Positions 39,901 through 48,502 of a stretch of DNA of 64,000 nt are shown here, in pieces. The first letter of the stretch is position 1. Each line of letters begins with the position of its first letter. Below the pieces are notes generated by a model. The model saw only the letters and a list, made by a program, of their open reading frames with translations. It did no database searches and was not told the origin of the DNA. The DNA comes from an uncultured Desulfospira sp. (GTDB lineage: Bacteria > Desulfobacterota > Desulfobacteria > Desulfobacterales > Desulfobacteraceae), in assembly GCA_963663165.1 (NCBI GenBank), contig OY760175.1:5088001-5152000 (forward strand), given 5' to 3'. Both the position numbers and the translations under genes were made by a program.

Positions 39901-41241
39901 CTGACCGTGAATACCGATGTCAACGGGGAACCGGATCCTTTGGAGTTCACCGTGAGCAAGGAAGGCAACAGCGTCAACGATATTTACTATTTTGAAGTGG
40001 TCTCCGGGGGAACCGTGGGGGTTGAGGCTGCAGAAGATGAAGAGCCCCTGGTCATTCAATGGTCCAATTCCGTTTCTTCCGGCAGGTTTATCCTGGAAGG
40101 CGATGACCCGCCACGGACACCCGAGTCCCCCATAGAGGTGGAAGTGGACGGCATGACCTTAAGCTTTTATGACGGGACCTTGTTTACCGGGGATGTGTTC
40201 ACCGTTACCACGGATGAGTCCGGGGTGCCGGTGTCCTCTAACGGGGATGGAAAGGCCACCGGGGAAACCATGTCTGACTGGCACTGGACCCTGGAATCCT
40301 TTGCCGATCAGTTCAACCGGGAGGCCAGCGGGCTGACCGCCTCGGTCACTTCGGGCAGTCAGCTCAAGATCGAGGCGTCCCATGATTACCATGTGCTTGA
40401 AAATATCCAGTACTCGGGCCAGAACGGTTTCAGTGAGGACAATATCACCATTGAGGTTCTGAACTGGGCCGCCCTGGATTTTAATGCCAATGACCTGGAG
40501 TTTATCAGGAACGCCAACGGGGAATGGGGTATCTTAAGCGACGCCACCGGCGGCGTGGCTCAGCTCATGCCCGAAGGCGGGGATGACGACGGGTTTATGG
40601 TGGATCTGGACGGCGACGGGATCGGGGACCTTGAAATCAATTTTGCCAAAGCCATCACCGGCCAGGGGTCTGTCACTTTTGACCTGGTGTCCCGGGACGC
40701 AGCCGACATCAATTTTGCATTCGGGGATGATGAATCCACTGATTCAGGGCTGCTGGCGGCGGCCGGCATCAATACCTTTTTTGAGGGGTCTGATGCGTTG
40801 ACCATGGAAATGAACTCGGTGCTTCAGGATATCAACTATATTGCCGCCGGGGTGATTGATGCCAGCACCGGGAAGGTGACCCAGGGAAGCAACGAAAATG
40901 CCGTGGCCTTTACCGAATTACAGGATACCACCCTGACCATGAAACAATGGACCTTTACCCGGGGGGAATCGGCCACGTCAAGCCTGACCGACACCACCCT
41001 GGACAGCTATTACCATACCATTGTCAGTTCCCTTGGCCTTGAAGCCAGCAATGTTTATGGATCACTGGAGTATGCGGAACTGATGGTCAACCAGCTCACA
41101 GACCAGAGAAACACGGTGTCGGCGGTTTCCCTGGACGAAGAAATGGTCAACCTGATTAAATACCAGCAGGCGTTTTCAGCGGCATCCAAACTGCTCACCA
41201 CGGCGGATGACATGCTCAATACCCTGTTGTCTATTAGGTAA
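36988..41241 (+). CDS. flgK: Hook-associated protein FlgK, giant (1417 aa)
   Basis: N-terminal VTGNNIANVN, GTGV, NDLRDQR; C-terminal SAVSLDEEMVNLIKYQQAFSAASK. Confidence 0.93.
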   Translation: MSGLSSTLSIAKTALSAQQYGINVTGNNIANVNNEDYSIQNADHTTTASVFYNGYVLGTGVDVEQVEQTVDQLLENRLTDEQSTLAAYEEMASYLEILEGYFDESSDTSLASVLSDYWNTWHDLADNPLGSAERNLVYEQGNLLAERFNTIGTELDELANDLTNEISTGVNDINILAQEIANLNKEIINLEGNTATANDLRDQRNALIDELGELIDVDVITGEDGDVIINVANGAPLVNGVNYYSLVMDEGQVMWVGSTGYRLNITDDISGGKLAGWLNIRDETIPKYRAEIDELASEMIWAMNYQQSQGVGLTYYNGSLTGTYAVDDSGWLSSFSFGNKINYDGDTTVWVEDNSSAETAYRKIMIDMGISTASLSDWEGTTPGAGEVSYELTVVDEGDIGDKLVTESCAENLAKVWGTSSGGAVTVLDSILAEQTITVYGADVGTQTVKIADSGGDAIRSAASIAEALDALDGVAAYASSNSVEFDLSGISGAEDGDEVIYSLYVDGIVYEQSFIVDSGAGTPDEQFEDSLVEAVQALNELNGDTDLYADGLVLTSDKGATLGIQDFEIQDNAGIELDNFTNFDATDVVELTITTDGVPTTSTTISVDLTGVSDITDQDELSQVFYEAFAEALPEGTFTVELNTASESVIIRTIDGSNITLSGATDDTGNDATIDVANLAGTTSSGTGNSILEFDATGSDVETFNSDTSTADTLAFSMLSAATSMAGATAVVNEASYTGAGATTAAAIMGTVTILTDDGMGMQSTAKTAQGLFGSSGTAETGSSIMTLGGEGGFEDFTAGETISFDVDGQTVSFVVSTAAGGTTDYALATQLMTALGAVLSSEDYALVQNGCSVSIIKDSSLEDPIEITDFEETGSGDAVLAVSTGGGTGTEDPENGSLESGNEYKNFSTASLYDNEAIIYWQKKTKDGILTGESGLVTVTEEGRVEIVEGGGVTLTFEVADGSLVAGNTLTVNTDVNGEPDPLEFTVSKEGNSVNDIYYFEVVSGGTVGVEAAEDEEPLVIQWSNSVSSGRFILEGDDPPRTPESPIEVEVDGMTLSFYDGTLFTGDVFTVTTDESGVPVSSNGDGKATGETMSDWHWTLESFADQFNREASGLTASVTSGSQLKIEASHDYHVLENIQYSGQNGFSEDNITIEVLNWAALDFNANDLEFIRNANGEWGILSDATGGVAQLMPEGGDDDGFMVDLDGDGIGDLEINFAKAITGQGSVTFDLVSRDAADINFAFGDDESTDSGLLAAAGINTFFEGSDALTMEMNSVLQDINYIAAGVIDASTGKVTQGSNENAVAFTELQDTTLTMKQWTFTRGESATSSLTDTTLDSYYHTIVSSLGLEASNVYGSLEYAELMVNQLTDQRNTVSAVSLDEEMVNLIKYQQAFSAASKLLTTADDMLNTLLSIR

Positions 41242-41249
41242 GCCACTAT

Positions 41250-41322
41250 CTTTTAGCCGTTAGCCATTAGTTAACCGCAACTAAAAAGCTAACCGCTAAT
41301 AGCTAAAAGCTAATAGCTAACG
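41250..41322. repeat. 7-mer tandem tract (CTAAnrG family); also 8674-8720, 14812-14846, 28719-28738, 30602-30674, 31395-31449
   Basis: ttagccg ttagcca ... ctaaccg ctaatag ctaaaag ctaatag ctaacg, often as head-to-head inverted tracts. Confidence 0.8.
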
Positions 41323-41334
41323 AAAGGAGGACTC

Positions 41335-43653
41335 ATGCGGGTTCCAAATTTGTCATTATACAACAACACCACATACCAACTCAGTGTAATCACTACCCAG
41401 CTCAGTGATGCCAATGAGGTCATGGCCACCCAGAAACAAATGAATTCCATTTCAGATGATCCCGTGGGGACGGCCCAGGTTCTGGGCATCAATGCCACGC
41501 TGGCGAGCCTGGAACAGTATAACACTAATATTGACATGGGAATCACCTGGCTGGACAGCCAGGAAACCGCGATGGAGTCCATTCAGGACCAGATTCTGGA
41601 AGCCAAAACCCTGGCCCTCCAGCTGGCCAATGCTTCGGTGAGTGCATCGGAACGGACCGATGCCGTTGAAACTATTGAGGGCATCATTGATCAGATATTA
41701 GGACTGATGAACACACAGGTGAACGGGTCATATGTGTTTGGCGGCACGGATACGGATACGGTCCCCTTTGCCTATGATGATCCGGGAAATCCCGCGTCCG
41801 TGGTCTATCTGGGAAATTCAGACGCATTTACCATTTCCAGTTCCGACACCAGTCAGGTGGAGGTGGGAAGGGACGGCTCCACCGTGGTCACGGAAACCCA
41901 GATTATCGTGGACAGCACCAACAATAAAATATTTTTCCAGGAAGACCCGGGCCTGGGCGAAAACGCCAAGGTGATTCTGGATGCCACTATCCCTGACGGG
42001 GACTACACCCCGAAACAGCTGGCCTTAGCCGTTAAAAACGTCATGAACCAGGTATCCCAGGACGAGGGGTACGGGGTGACATATAAGGTTTCTTATGATG
42101 CAGAATCCGGCACATTTTCCTTTATCAATGACGGGGCCTATGACGGGTATATGGGGTTTGACCTGCTCTGGGAGTCCGGGGAATCTCCCCGGGTAGGCAA
42201 TATCAATACGGAAAATATTTTGCTGGAAGGGGTGGATCTCAGTCTGGTCAACGGGGACGCCCTGGTGCATGAGACGCCTGAACCGGACGGCACCGCCCCC
42301 CTTCGCCTGACCTGGGACGAAGACACCAGCACCTGGAGCGTTCTCAACGACCCGGGGTATGATCTGCCCCTGACCATAGACGGGAGCGATACCCATGTGG
42401 AGCTGGACCTGACCGGTAACGGTGTATCCGATCTGGTCATTGACCTGGAATCGGCGGCCATAGACGGCGGATATATCGAGTTTGACATTACCACCGCCTC
42501 CAATGAGCAGAGTATCGGACCGGATATGGGATTTGAAAGTGATGTGTCCTATACCCCGCCCCTTTCCGATACCCCGGTGGTTTTAAAAAGTTTTGACAAC
42601 ACAAACAATGTCATTGATTTTGTCGAATATGTGGGCGGGGTGCCGTCCTCCCAGCTGAGTGCGGCCATTCCTGAAGGCGACTATACGGACATGGAAAGCC
42701 TGGCCGCAGCCATTGAAGGCGCCATGGAAGATGCCTCGGTAAACGATGCCGATTATGAGGTGACCTATAACTGGAACTCAAATAAATTCATCATTGAAGA
42801 AGAATCCGGCCTGTTGAGTGAGGTGGCGCTGCTCTGGGCTTCCGGGACCAACAGCAGTATCAATGCCGGAACTGAGCTGGGGTTTGACACCTCTTTGGAT
42901 GATGCCGGTGATGTCTCTTATGTGGGAGATGACAAAGTGGCCCTGTTTACCATTACCGCCGGGGTCAACGATGCCATTAATTTTAAGGAAGTGCTTCCCG
43001 GCCTGACCGAAGATCAGGTTTCCGAGCTGACAGCGATAATCCCGGCCGGGCCTTATTATACCCCCCAAAGTTTTGCAAGGGCTGTTGAAGATGCCCTGGA
43101 AGATGCGTCCGAGGCAAACGGGAACAGGGTTGACTATGATGTGAGTTACGATTATAACTCTAGCAGGTTCAGCATAGAAGAAGACGGCTCCATAGAGCGC
43201 AAACTTGAAGAATTTTACCTGCTGTGGGAAAGCGGTTCCAATGCTGATACCAGCGCAGCCCAGGCCCTGGGGTTTTATGAAATCGATGCGGCATCTGCGG
43301 CAGTTGAAGGGGAAGAAGAGACCTGGGGAATATTTGAAACCCTGTTTGATTTAAAGGAATACCTGGCATCAGATGATGTGGACGGGATCCAGCGAACCAT
43401 CACCCGGCTGGACAATCATTACAACAGCATTACCTCCACCATCTCGGATACCGGTATGAAATACAACCGGCTGTTGATCAGCGAGCAGGTCATCCTGGAA
43501 ACCACTACCAGCCTCAAGGAAAGACGCTCTATGATTGAAGATGCCGATTATGTAGAGGCCACCATGGACCTTGCCGCCATCCAGACCGCATATGAGGCCT
43601 CATTGAACTCAAGCGCCCAGATTATCAATATCAGTCTGATGGACTATATGTAA
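41335..43653 (+). CDS. flgL: Hook-associated protein FlgL, enlarged (772 aa)
   Basis: MRV.., SDDPVG, NGSYVFGG..T..PF, C-terminal SLMDYM. Confidence 0.92.
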   Translation: MRVPNLSLYNNTTYQLSVITTQLSDANEVMATQKQMNSISDDPVGTAQVLGINATLASLEQYNTNIDMGITWLDSQETAMESIQDQILEAKTLALQLANASVSASERTDAVETIEGIIDQILGLMNTQVNGSYVFGGTDTDTVPFAYDDPGNPASVVYLGNSDAFTISSSDTSQVEVGRDGSTVVTETQIIVDSTNNKIFFQEDPGLGENAKVILDATIPDGDYTPKQLALAVKNVMNQVSQDEGYGVTYKVSYDAESGTFSFINDGAYDGYMGFDLLWESGESPRVGNINTENILLEGVDLSLVNGDALVHETPEPDGTAPLRLTWDEDTSTWSVLNDPGYDLPLTIDGSDTHVELDLTGNGVSDLVIDLESAAIDGGYIEFDITTASNEQSIGPDMGFESDVSYTPPLSDTPVVLKSFDNTNNVIDFVEYVGGVPSSQLSAAIPEGDYTDMESLAAAIEGAMEDASVNDADYEVTYNWNSNKFIIEEESGLLSEVALLWASGTNSSINAGTELGFDTSLDDAGDVSYVGDDKVALFTITAGVNDAINFKEVLPGLTEDQVSELTAIIPAGPYYTPQSFARAVEDALEDASEANGNRVDYDVSYDYNSSRFSIEEDGSIERKLEEFYLLWESGSNADTSAAQALGFYEIDAASAAVEGEEETWGIFETLFDLKEYLASDDVDGIQRTITRLDNHYNSITSTISDTGMKYNRLLISEQVILETTTSLKERRSMIEDADYVEATMDLAAIQTAYEASLNSSAQIINISLMDYM

Positions 43654-43655
43654 AT

Positions 43656-43904
43656 ATGCTTATTTTAACTCGAAAAGTCGGTGAAAGCATCGTGATCGGG
43701 GATGATATCGTGATCAAGGTGGTGGAAACCGGTAAGAACAGTATCCGTATCGGCATTGACGCCCCAAAGGATATATCCGTACTCAGAAAGGAAGTCTTCG
43801 ACTCCATCCAGCAGGAAAATATCCTTTCATCCAGGGGTGACAAGATCGATATCACCAAGGCGGCCAAACTGATCGGAAACAAGAAAACGGAAAAATTAGG
43901 GTAA
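43656..43904 (+). CDS. csrA: Carbon storage regulator CsrA
   Basis: MLILTRKVGESIVIGDDI..RIGIDAPK..V.RKE. Confidence 0.96.
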   Translation: MLILTRKVGESIVIGDDIVIKVVETGKNSIRIGIDAPKDISVLRKEVFDSIQQENILSSRGDKIDITKAAKLIGNKKTEKLG

Positions 43905-44329
43905 TGAGAATCAAGACTAGACAATTCGGGGAAGTCAATATTGATGAGGATAAGATCATTAATATGCCGTGGGGGATTCCCGGGTTCAAAGACCAGAAAA
44001 AATACGTTGTACTCCAGACAGAGGAGACCATACCGTTTTTCCTCTTTCAGAGTGTGGATGATCCAAACCTGTCGTTTGTGGTTTTAGATCCCACAAAGGT
44101 CTTTCCCGATTATACCCTGGAAGAAAAAGATTTTGAGAAAACAATTGAATGGGACTTTGGAAACGAAGAAATTACCTGTTTTGTGATTGTGACCATTCCC
44201 CACGGGAGCCCGGAAAAAATGACAGCCAATTTTATGGCCCCCCTGGTGATCAATAACAACAAAAAAGAAGGGGTTCAACTGATCCGGCAGAACAGCCCTT
44301 ATTCCCACCAGCAGCGGATCTTAAGCTGA
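43904..44329 (+). CDS. fliW: Flagellar assembly factor FliW
   Basis: TRQFG, GIPGF, QSVDD, TANFMAPLVIN; translationally coupled to csrA. Confidence 0.93.
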   Translation: MRIKTRQFGEVNIDEDKIINMPWGIPGFKDQKKYVVLQTEETIPFFLFQSVDDPNLSFVVLDPTKVFPDYTLEEKDFEKTIEWDFGNEEITCFVIVTIPHGSPEKMTANFMAPLVINNNKKEGVQLIRQNSPYSHQQRILS

Positions 44330-44360
44330 CCGCCAACGCATTTCATGAAACACCAATAGG

Positions 44361-44390
44361 CCTGGACACACCTGTCCAGGCTTTTTTTTC
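44361..44390 (+). terminator. Rho-independent terminator after fliW
   Basis: gcctggaca-cacc-tgtccaggc followed by T8. Confidence 0.8.
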
Positions 44391-44446
44391 TGCCAAAGCC
44401 AATAAAACGGTTCGGTTAATTCAAGACAGACCGGGGTGCCTTTGTT

Positions 44447-44830
44447 TTACGCATCCGTACTGAATAGAAATCCGGTCAGGTCCTGCATCTTCTCCTGAAG
44501 CTCCAGAAGCTCTTCCGGCGGGAACTGTTTGATCACCTTTTCGGTATCCTGCTCCAAAACCTTGACCACCAGACTGTTGGTGCCTTCGTTGATGCTGAAA
44601 TCCATTTTGGTTTGAAGGGTGGCCGTCATTTCTTTTAATGCGTCCACCATTTCTTCAACATCTTCCCGGGTAATCTCCTGAACCTGGGCTTCGGACTCCT
44701 GCGCCTGCGCCGGCTTAGGTTCCTGCACAGTGTCAAGCTCGGTCCGAACCGGTTCTGTCTTGGAAACAGAAGATGCCTGACTTACTGCGGCAGTCTCAGC
44801 GTTGACTGCGGCATTTCCTGTAATTTCCAT
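44447..44830 (-). CDS. flaG: FlaG-family protein, copy 2
   Basis: F.I......VVKV....T..VIKQFPPEE.L motif. Confidence 0.88.
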   Translation of the reverse strand: MEITGNAAVNAETAAVSQASSVSKTEPVRTELDTVQEPKPAQAQESEAQVQEITREDVEEMVDALKEMTATLQTKMDFSINEGTNSLVVKVLEQDTEKVIKQFPPEELLELQEKMQDLTGFLFSTDA

Positions 44831-44875
44831 GATGCTTTCCTCCCTGTAATGATAATTTAAGGCCCTGGTGGCCTT

Positions 44876-45256
44876 TTAAACATCCACAGTGAACAGGAAT
44901 CCGGTCAGGTCCTGCATTTTTTCCTGAAGCTCTAAAAGCTCTTCTGCAGGGAACTGTTTGATGACCTTTTCCGTGTCCTGGTCTACAACCTTGACCACCA
45001 GGCTGTTGGTGCTTTCGTTGATGCTGAAATCCATTTTGGTCTGAAGGGTGGCGGTCATTTCCTTTAATGCTTCCACGGTGGCTTCCACATCTTCCCGGGT
45101 GATGTCGCGGGGTTCGGTTTCGGATGGCTGCAATGGGCGCAACCGGGTAATGGTGGTCTCCACTCCGGTTTCAATAGTGTCTGAAACCGAAGCCGAAGAT
45201 TCCCGGCTTACCGTTACGCTGTCTATGCTGACTGCGGCATTTCCTGAAATATTCAT
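44876..45256 (-). CDS. flaG: FlaG-family protein, copy 1
   Basis: Same motif; C-terminal ~75 aa nearly identical to copy 2. Confidence 0.88.
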   Translation of the reverse strand: MNISGNAAVSIDSVTVSRESSASVSDTIETGVETTITRLRPLQPSETEPRDITREDVEATVEALKEMTATLQTKMDFSINESTNSLVVKVVDQDTEKVIKQFPAEELLELQEKMQDLTGFLFTVDV

Positions 45257-45292
45257 GGCTTAAGTCCTCCTTGCAAAAATTGGGGCCTTGGC

Positions 45293-45697
45293 TTATCTGC
45301 TGATACTCAACACCCTGGGGCGTCCTTTGGACAAGTTCAGGGGTTTGTAGCCCTGTATGGCTTTTCTGCCATGTTTTAATTGATTCAAACTTGTTCTCAA
45401 CCGTTCCTTATGGTTTTTTATCTCAAGGGCAATGGTGTCGTCAACTTTGAGAATGGCACCGAGCCGCTTTTCATACCGGGTCAGTACGGAAATATTCCCT
45501 TTACTGTTGTTTCCTGTAACGTTCAGGAACGTATTGAGGACCGACTTTAAGTTGTCGGAGGCCTGTCTCCTTTCTTGGGTCATCTTTGAGATATCGGGCA
45601 TTTCCAAGGTCTTCAGCTGATGCAGATGAGCCTTTTGAAGAGATTCATAGTCCATAAATCCCTTTTCAATGGTTGGTGTATGTTCCTTTGTGTTCAT
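45293..45697 (-). CDS. Hypothetical helical protein (FliT-like position)
   Basis: Follows fliS; C-terminal G.KAIQGY. Confidence 0.5.
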   Translation of the reverse strand: MNTKEHTPTIEKGFMDYESLQKAHLHQLKTLEMPDISKMTQERRQASDNLKSVLNTFLNVTGNNSKGNISVLTRYEKRLGAILKVDDTIALEIKNHKERLRTSLNQLKHGRKAIQGYKPLNLSKGRPRVLSISR

Positions 45698-45755
45698 GAA
45701 AATTTCCTATATCCTTTTCAGGCAGTTAAATAAAGTATCTTCCATTGGCCTTCGG

Positions 45756-46244
45756 TTAAACGGCTATTGAGGTCCTCAGGTTGGCATTTTGTCCATATCC
45801 GGCGGCGCCGTATGCCGGAAACGGTTTCGGGGAAGCCGGTGCTGCCGGTTCATCAACTGATTCGGCCGGCTGGTTCATCACCGTTGTTTCCCATATCCGT
45901 TTAAGTTCCATGGTGTACTTCTCAGCCCGGTCCAGGGTGGCGATGTCGTTGCTTACAGAGACCTTGGCCAGTTCGTTCATCATGGTCATGTAAAGGCTTC
46001 GCAGAAAGTTGATCTCATCGGTTTGTATGTTGCTGTCCAGGCAGGCATTAAGCTCGGATATAATGGCAATGGCTTTTCCTATATTTTCACCTCTTTGTTT
46101 GGGGTCATTGTGTTTTGCCCCTTCTCTGGCCAGGTTAATTCTTTTAATCGCCCCTTCATACAGCATGAGAATGAGTTTTTCAGGTGTAATATCAGCGCTC
46201 ATCTGGGCTTTCTGGTAAGAATTTAAGGCATTGCCGTTAACCAT
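45756..46244 (-). CDS. fliS: Flagellin chaperone FliS
   Basis: PEKLILMLYEGAI, KA..II.EL..LD, L..LY, W. Confidence 0.93.
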   Translation of the reverse strand: MVNGNALNSYQKAQMSADITPEKLILMLYEGAIKRINLAREGAKHNDPKQRGENIGKAIAIISELNACLDSNIQTDEINFLRSLYMTMMNELAKVSVSNDIATLDRAEKYTMELKRIWETTVMNQPAESVDEPAAPASPKPFPAYGAAGYGQNANLRTSIAV

Positions 46245-46275
46245 AAAATGTTACTCCTTATCTGCGTTCCGCGGT

Positions 46276-48348
46276 TTAATCATCATCATCGGATGTTGCA
46301 CTGAAAATTTCGGCAACATAGGACTGCATGGATTCCATTTCCCGCATATAGGAATCCATTTCAACATATTGCAGGGTTAAAGTTTCATATTTTTTTTCGA
46401 TTCGTTCGGTTTCGTTTTCAATGGCATCTTCAAGGCTTTCAATTTTGTCGTCAATGGAACCGGTTTCACTTTCAATGTAACCCCCAAGTTTGGTCAGGTC
46501 TAACAGGTGGTCATTGAGCTGGTCTGCCAGGCCTTCAACATCGTCATTCCCAATAAAAAAGGCTTTGACGTCATCGAAATTACTGGACAACGCTTCGGTG
46601 AGCGTGTCCTCGTCCAGGCTGACACTGCCGTCTTCACTGATTTCAAATCCCAGATCAAAAAAAGTGGTGATGCTGCCGCCGGTATTTATCCTGGATTGAA
46701 GCAGGGAAAGCAAATTGCTTTTCATGGTGTCCACAGAGGAATATTTGGCCAGGGTCCCCCAGGTTTCTTCATCCTCGTCATAGTCATCGTTTGAATCAAT
46801 TTCCGTAAGCAGGTCGTTGAACAGGCTCACAATAGCGATGATATCTTCTTTAATGCTTTCGGTTTCCTCGGTCACCGTGATGTTGGCGGAGCCGGTTTCG
46901 GTAAGGTCAAGGGAGATGCCGGAAATCAGGCCGGACAGGTCTTCATTTCCCTGGCGCTGGTAGGTCACGTTATCTATGGTGACCTGGGAATTTAAAGACG
47001 ATGCGGCCGGGGTGATGGTCTGGTCTTCGGTAAATCCTAAGGTCGCTGCGGCGGTTGACCCGGCATCACTCCATTTGATGGTCAGGCTTTCAAGGGTTCC
47101 GGCTTCTGTAATTTCAAGTTTTCCCGTGCTTTCATTATAGGATACCTGATAGTCAATCCCGTTCCCGCTGTCGGCTGAGGCGTCTTCCAAGGCTTCTTCT
47201 ATGGCTTCAGCCAGGTCTTCTCCGTTGCTGAAGACCGCCGTATCAATGGTGGCGGTCAGCTGCGATATGTCCCCGTCGGCGGTTTCTTCTTCAAAAACGA
47301 TCTGAGTGTTGTTGTTGGCCGGGCGGATAACCAGAGGGGTATCAAAATCAATGGCGCTTTCCGATGTCATGACATACCCGGACCCGTTCTGTTCGGTCAA
47401 GGTCAGGTCGGCAAGCCCCTGGGTGATGGTGATCCGGTTGTCTTCACCCGTGCTGTCTGCGGTTAACACCAGCTGATAGGGATTGTCACCGTATCCCGTG
47501 TCCACCACGGATGCGGTGACACCGGGATTGTCTTCGTCGTCGTTGATCAGCTCGGCCAGCTCTTCAAGGCTGGTGTCGGCGGAAACCGTAAGGGAAACTT
47601 GTGTCTCCCCGACGGCATAGGAAAATGTGGTGTCCGGGGCAGAAAAATCCATGGATTCCGGGGGCACGGTAACCATGACCCGGTTGTCTTCTCCGGTTCC
47701 CCCGGCCGTGGACGCAATCTGGAGGTGAAAGTTTCCCTCATCATCTTCGATAACGGAAGCGGTGACATAAGTTCCCCCGTCTCCGTCATCATTGGCCGCA
47801 TCGTTGTTGATGGCATCCGCCAGATCGTCCAGGGTATATCCGCCGGCACCCCCGGTGATGGTAATAACCTCCCGGTCGTCACCGGTGCCGTAGGTGATGC
47901 TCATTTCTTCATCTTCTTCCAAAACAACCGTAGTGTCGGTGTCGGAAAACCCGTCGTCAGACTGCTGGGAGGTGGGAACATAGACGGTGCTGGTGGTGGC
48001 GGATTTGCCCGAGGAGGTAAAAGAACTTTTGGAGGCCAGCTGGTCAACCTCAATACTGTAGGTGCCGGTTTCAGCACCATCTGATGAGGATACTCTCAAG
48101 ATTTCCGATGATACACTCACGGAACGGGAAAGGAAATTTGAACTCAATGACAGGGAGGATGCACTGGACTTCATATCCAGCAGGATAGCGTTAAGGACAT
48201 TGAATTCATCCTGAGAGGCCTGAAGCTCGGTAATGGTTTCTTCTTTTGCGGTGATAGTGACTTCATCCGCCTCTTGAAGACTTTCAAGAATGCTTGTTAT
48301 GTCCAGGCCGGAGCCCAGCCCCATTGAAGTAATGGTACCTGTTCCCAT
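46276..48348 (-). CDS. fliD: Filament cap protein FliD (690 aa)
   Basis: ITSMGLGSGLD, GTYSIEV.QLA, C-terminal heptads. Confidence 0.92.
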   Translation of the reverse strand: MGTGTITSMGLGSGLDITSILESLQEADEVTITAKEETITELQASQDEFNVLNAILLDMKSSASSLSLSSNFLSRSVSVSSEILRVSSSDGAETGTYSIEVDQLASKSSFTSSGKSATTSTVYVPTSQQSDDGFSDTDTTVVLEEDEEMSITYGTGDDREVITITGGAGGYTLDDLADAINNDAANDDGDGGTYVTASVIEDDEGNFHLQIASTAGGTGEDNRVMVTVPPESMDFSAPDTTFSYAVGETQVSLTVSADTSLEELAELINDDEDNPGVTASVVDTGYGDNPYQLVLTADSTGEDNRITITQGLADLTLTEQNGSGYVMTSESAIDFDTPLVIRPANNNTQIVFEEETADGDISQLTATIDTAVFSNGEDLAEAIEEALEDASADSGNGIDYQVSYNESTGKLEITEAGTLESLTIKWSDAGSTAAATLGFTEDQTITPAASSLNSQVTIDNVTYQRQGNEDLSGLISGISLDLTETGSANITVTEETESIKEDIIAIVSLFNDLLTEIDSNDDYDEDEETWGTLAKYSSVDTMKSNLLSLLQSRINTGGSITTFFDLGFEISEDGSVSLDEDTLTEALSSNFDDVKAFFIGNDDVEGLADQLNDHLLDLTKLGGYIESETGSIDDKIESLEDAIENETERIEKKYETLTLQYVEMDSYMREMESMQSYVAEIFSATSDDDD

Positions 48349-48381
48349 TTGTTCACTCCTTTTATTATCTGCTTAAATTAA

Positions 48382-48408
48382 GTATCGGTAATTTGGGCTT
48401 AAAACTTA
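48382..48408 (-). promoter_or_regulatory. sigma28 promoter of the fliD operon
   Basis: TAAG-N15-ACCGATAC on minus strand. Confidence 0.7.
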
Positions 48409-48421
48409 ACCTTAATGATAT

Positions 48422-48471
48422 AAAAAAAACGCTTCCACTAAGGTGCGTGGTCCTGCCCTCGTGGAAGCGTT
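48422..48471 (-). terminator. Terminator after the 960-aa flagellin
   Basis: aacgcttccac..gtggaagcgtt with flanking A-run. Confidence 0.65.
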
Positions 48472-48502
48472 CCGGTTTTTCAGCCTGGTTCAAGGCGGTT
48501 GG

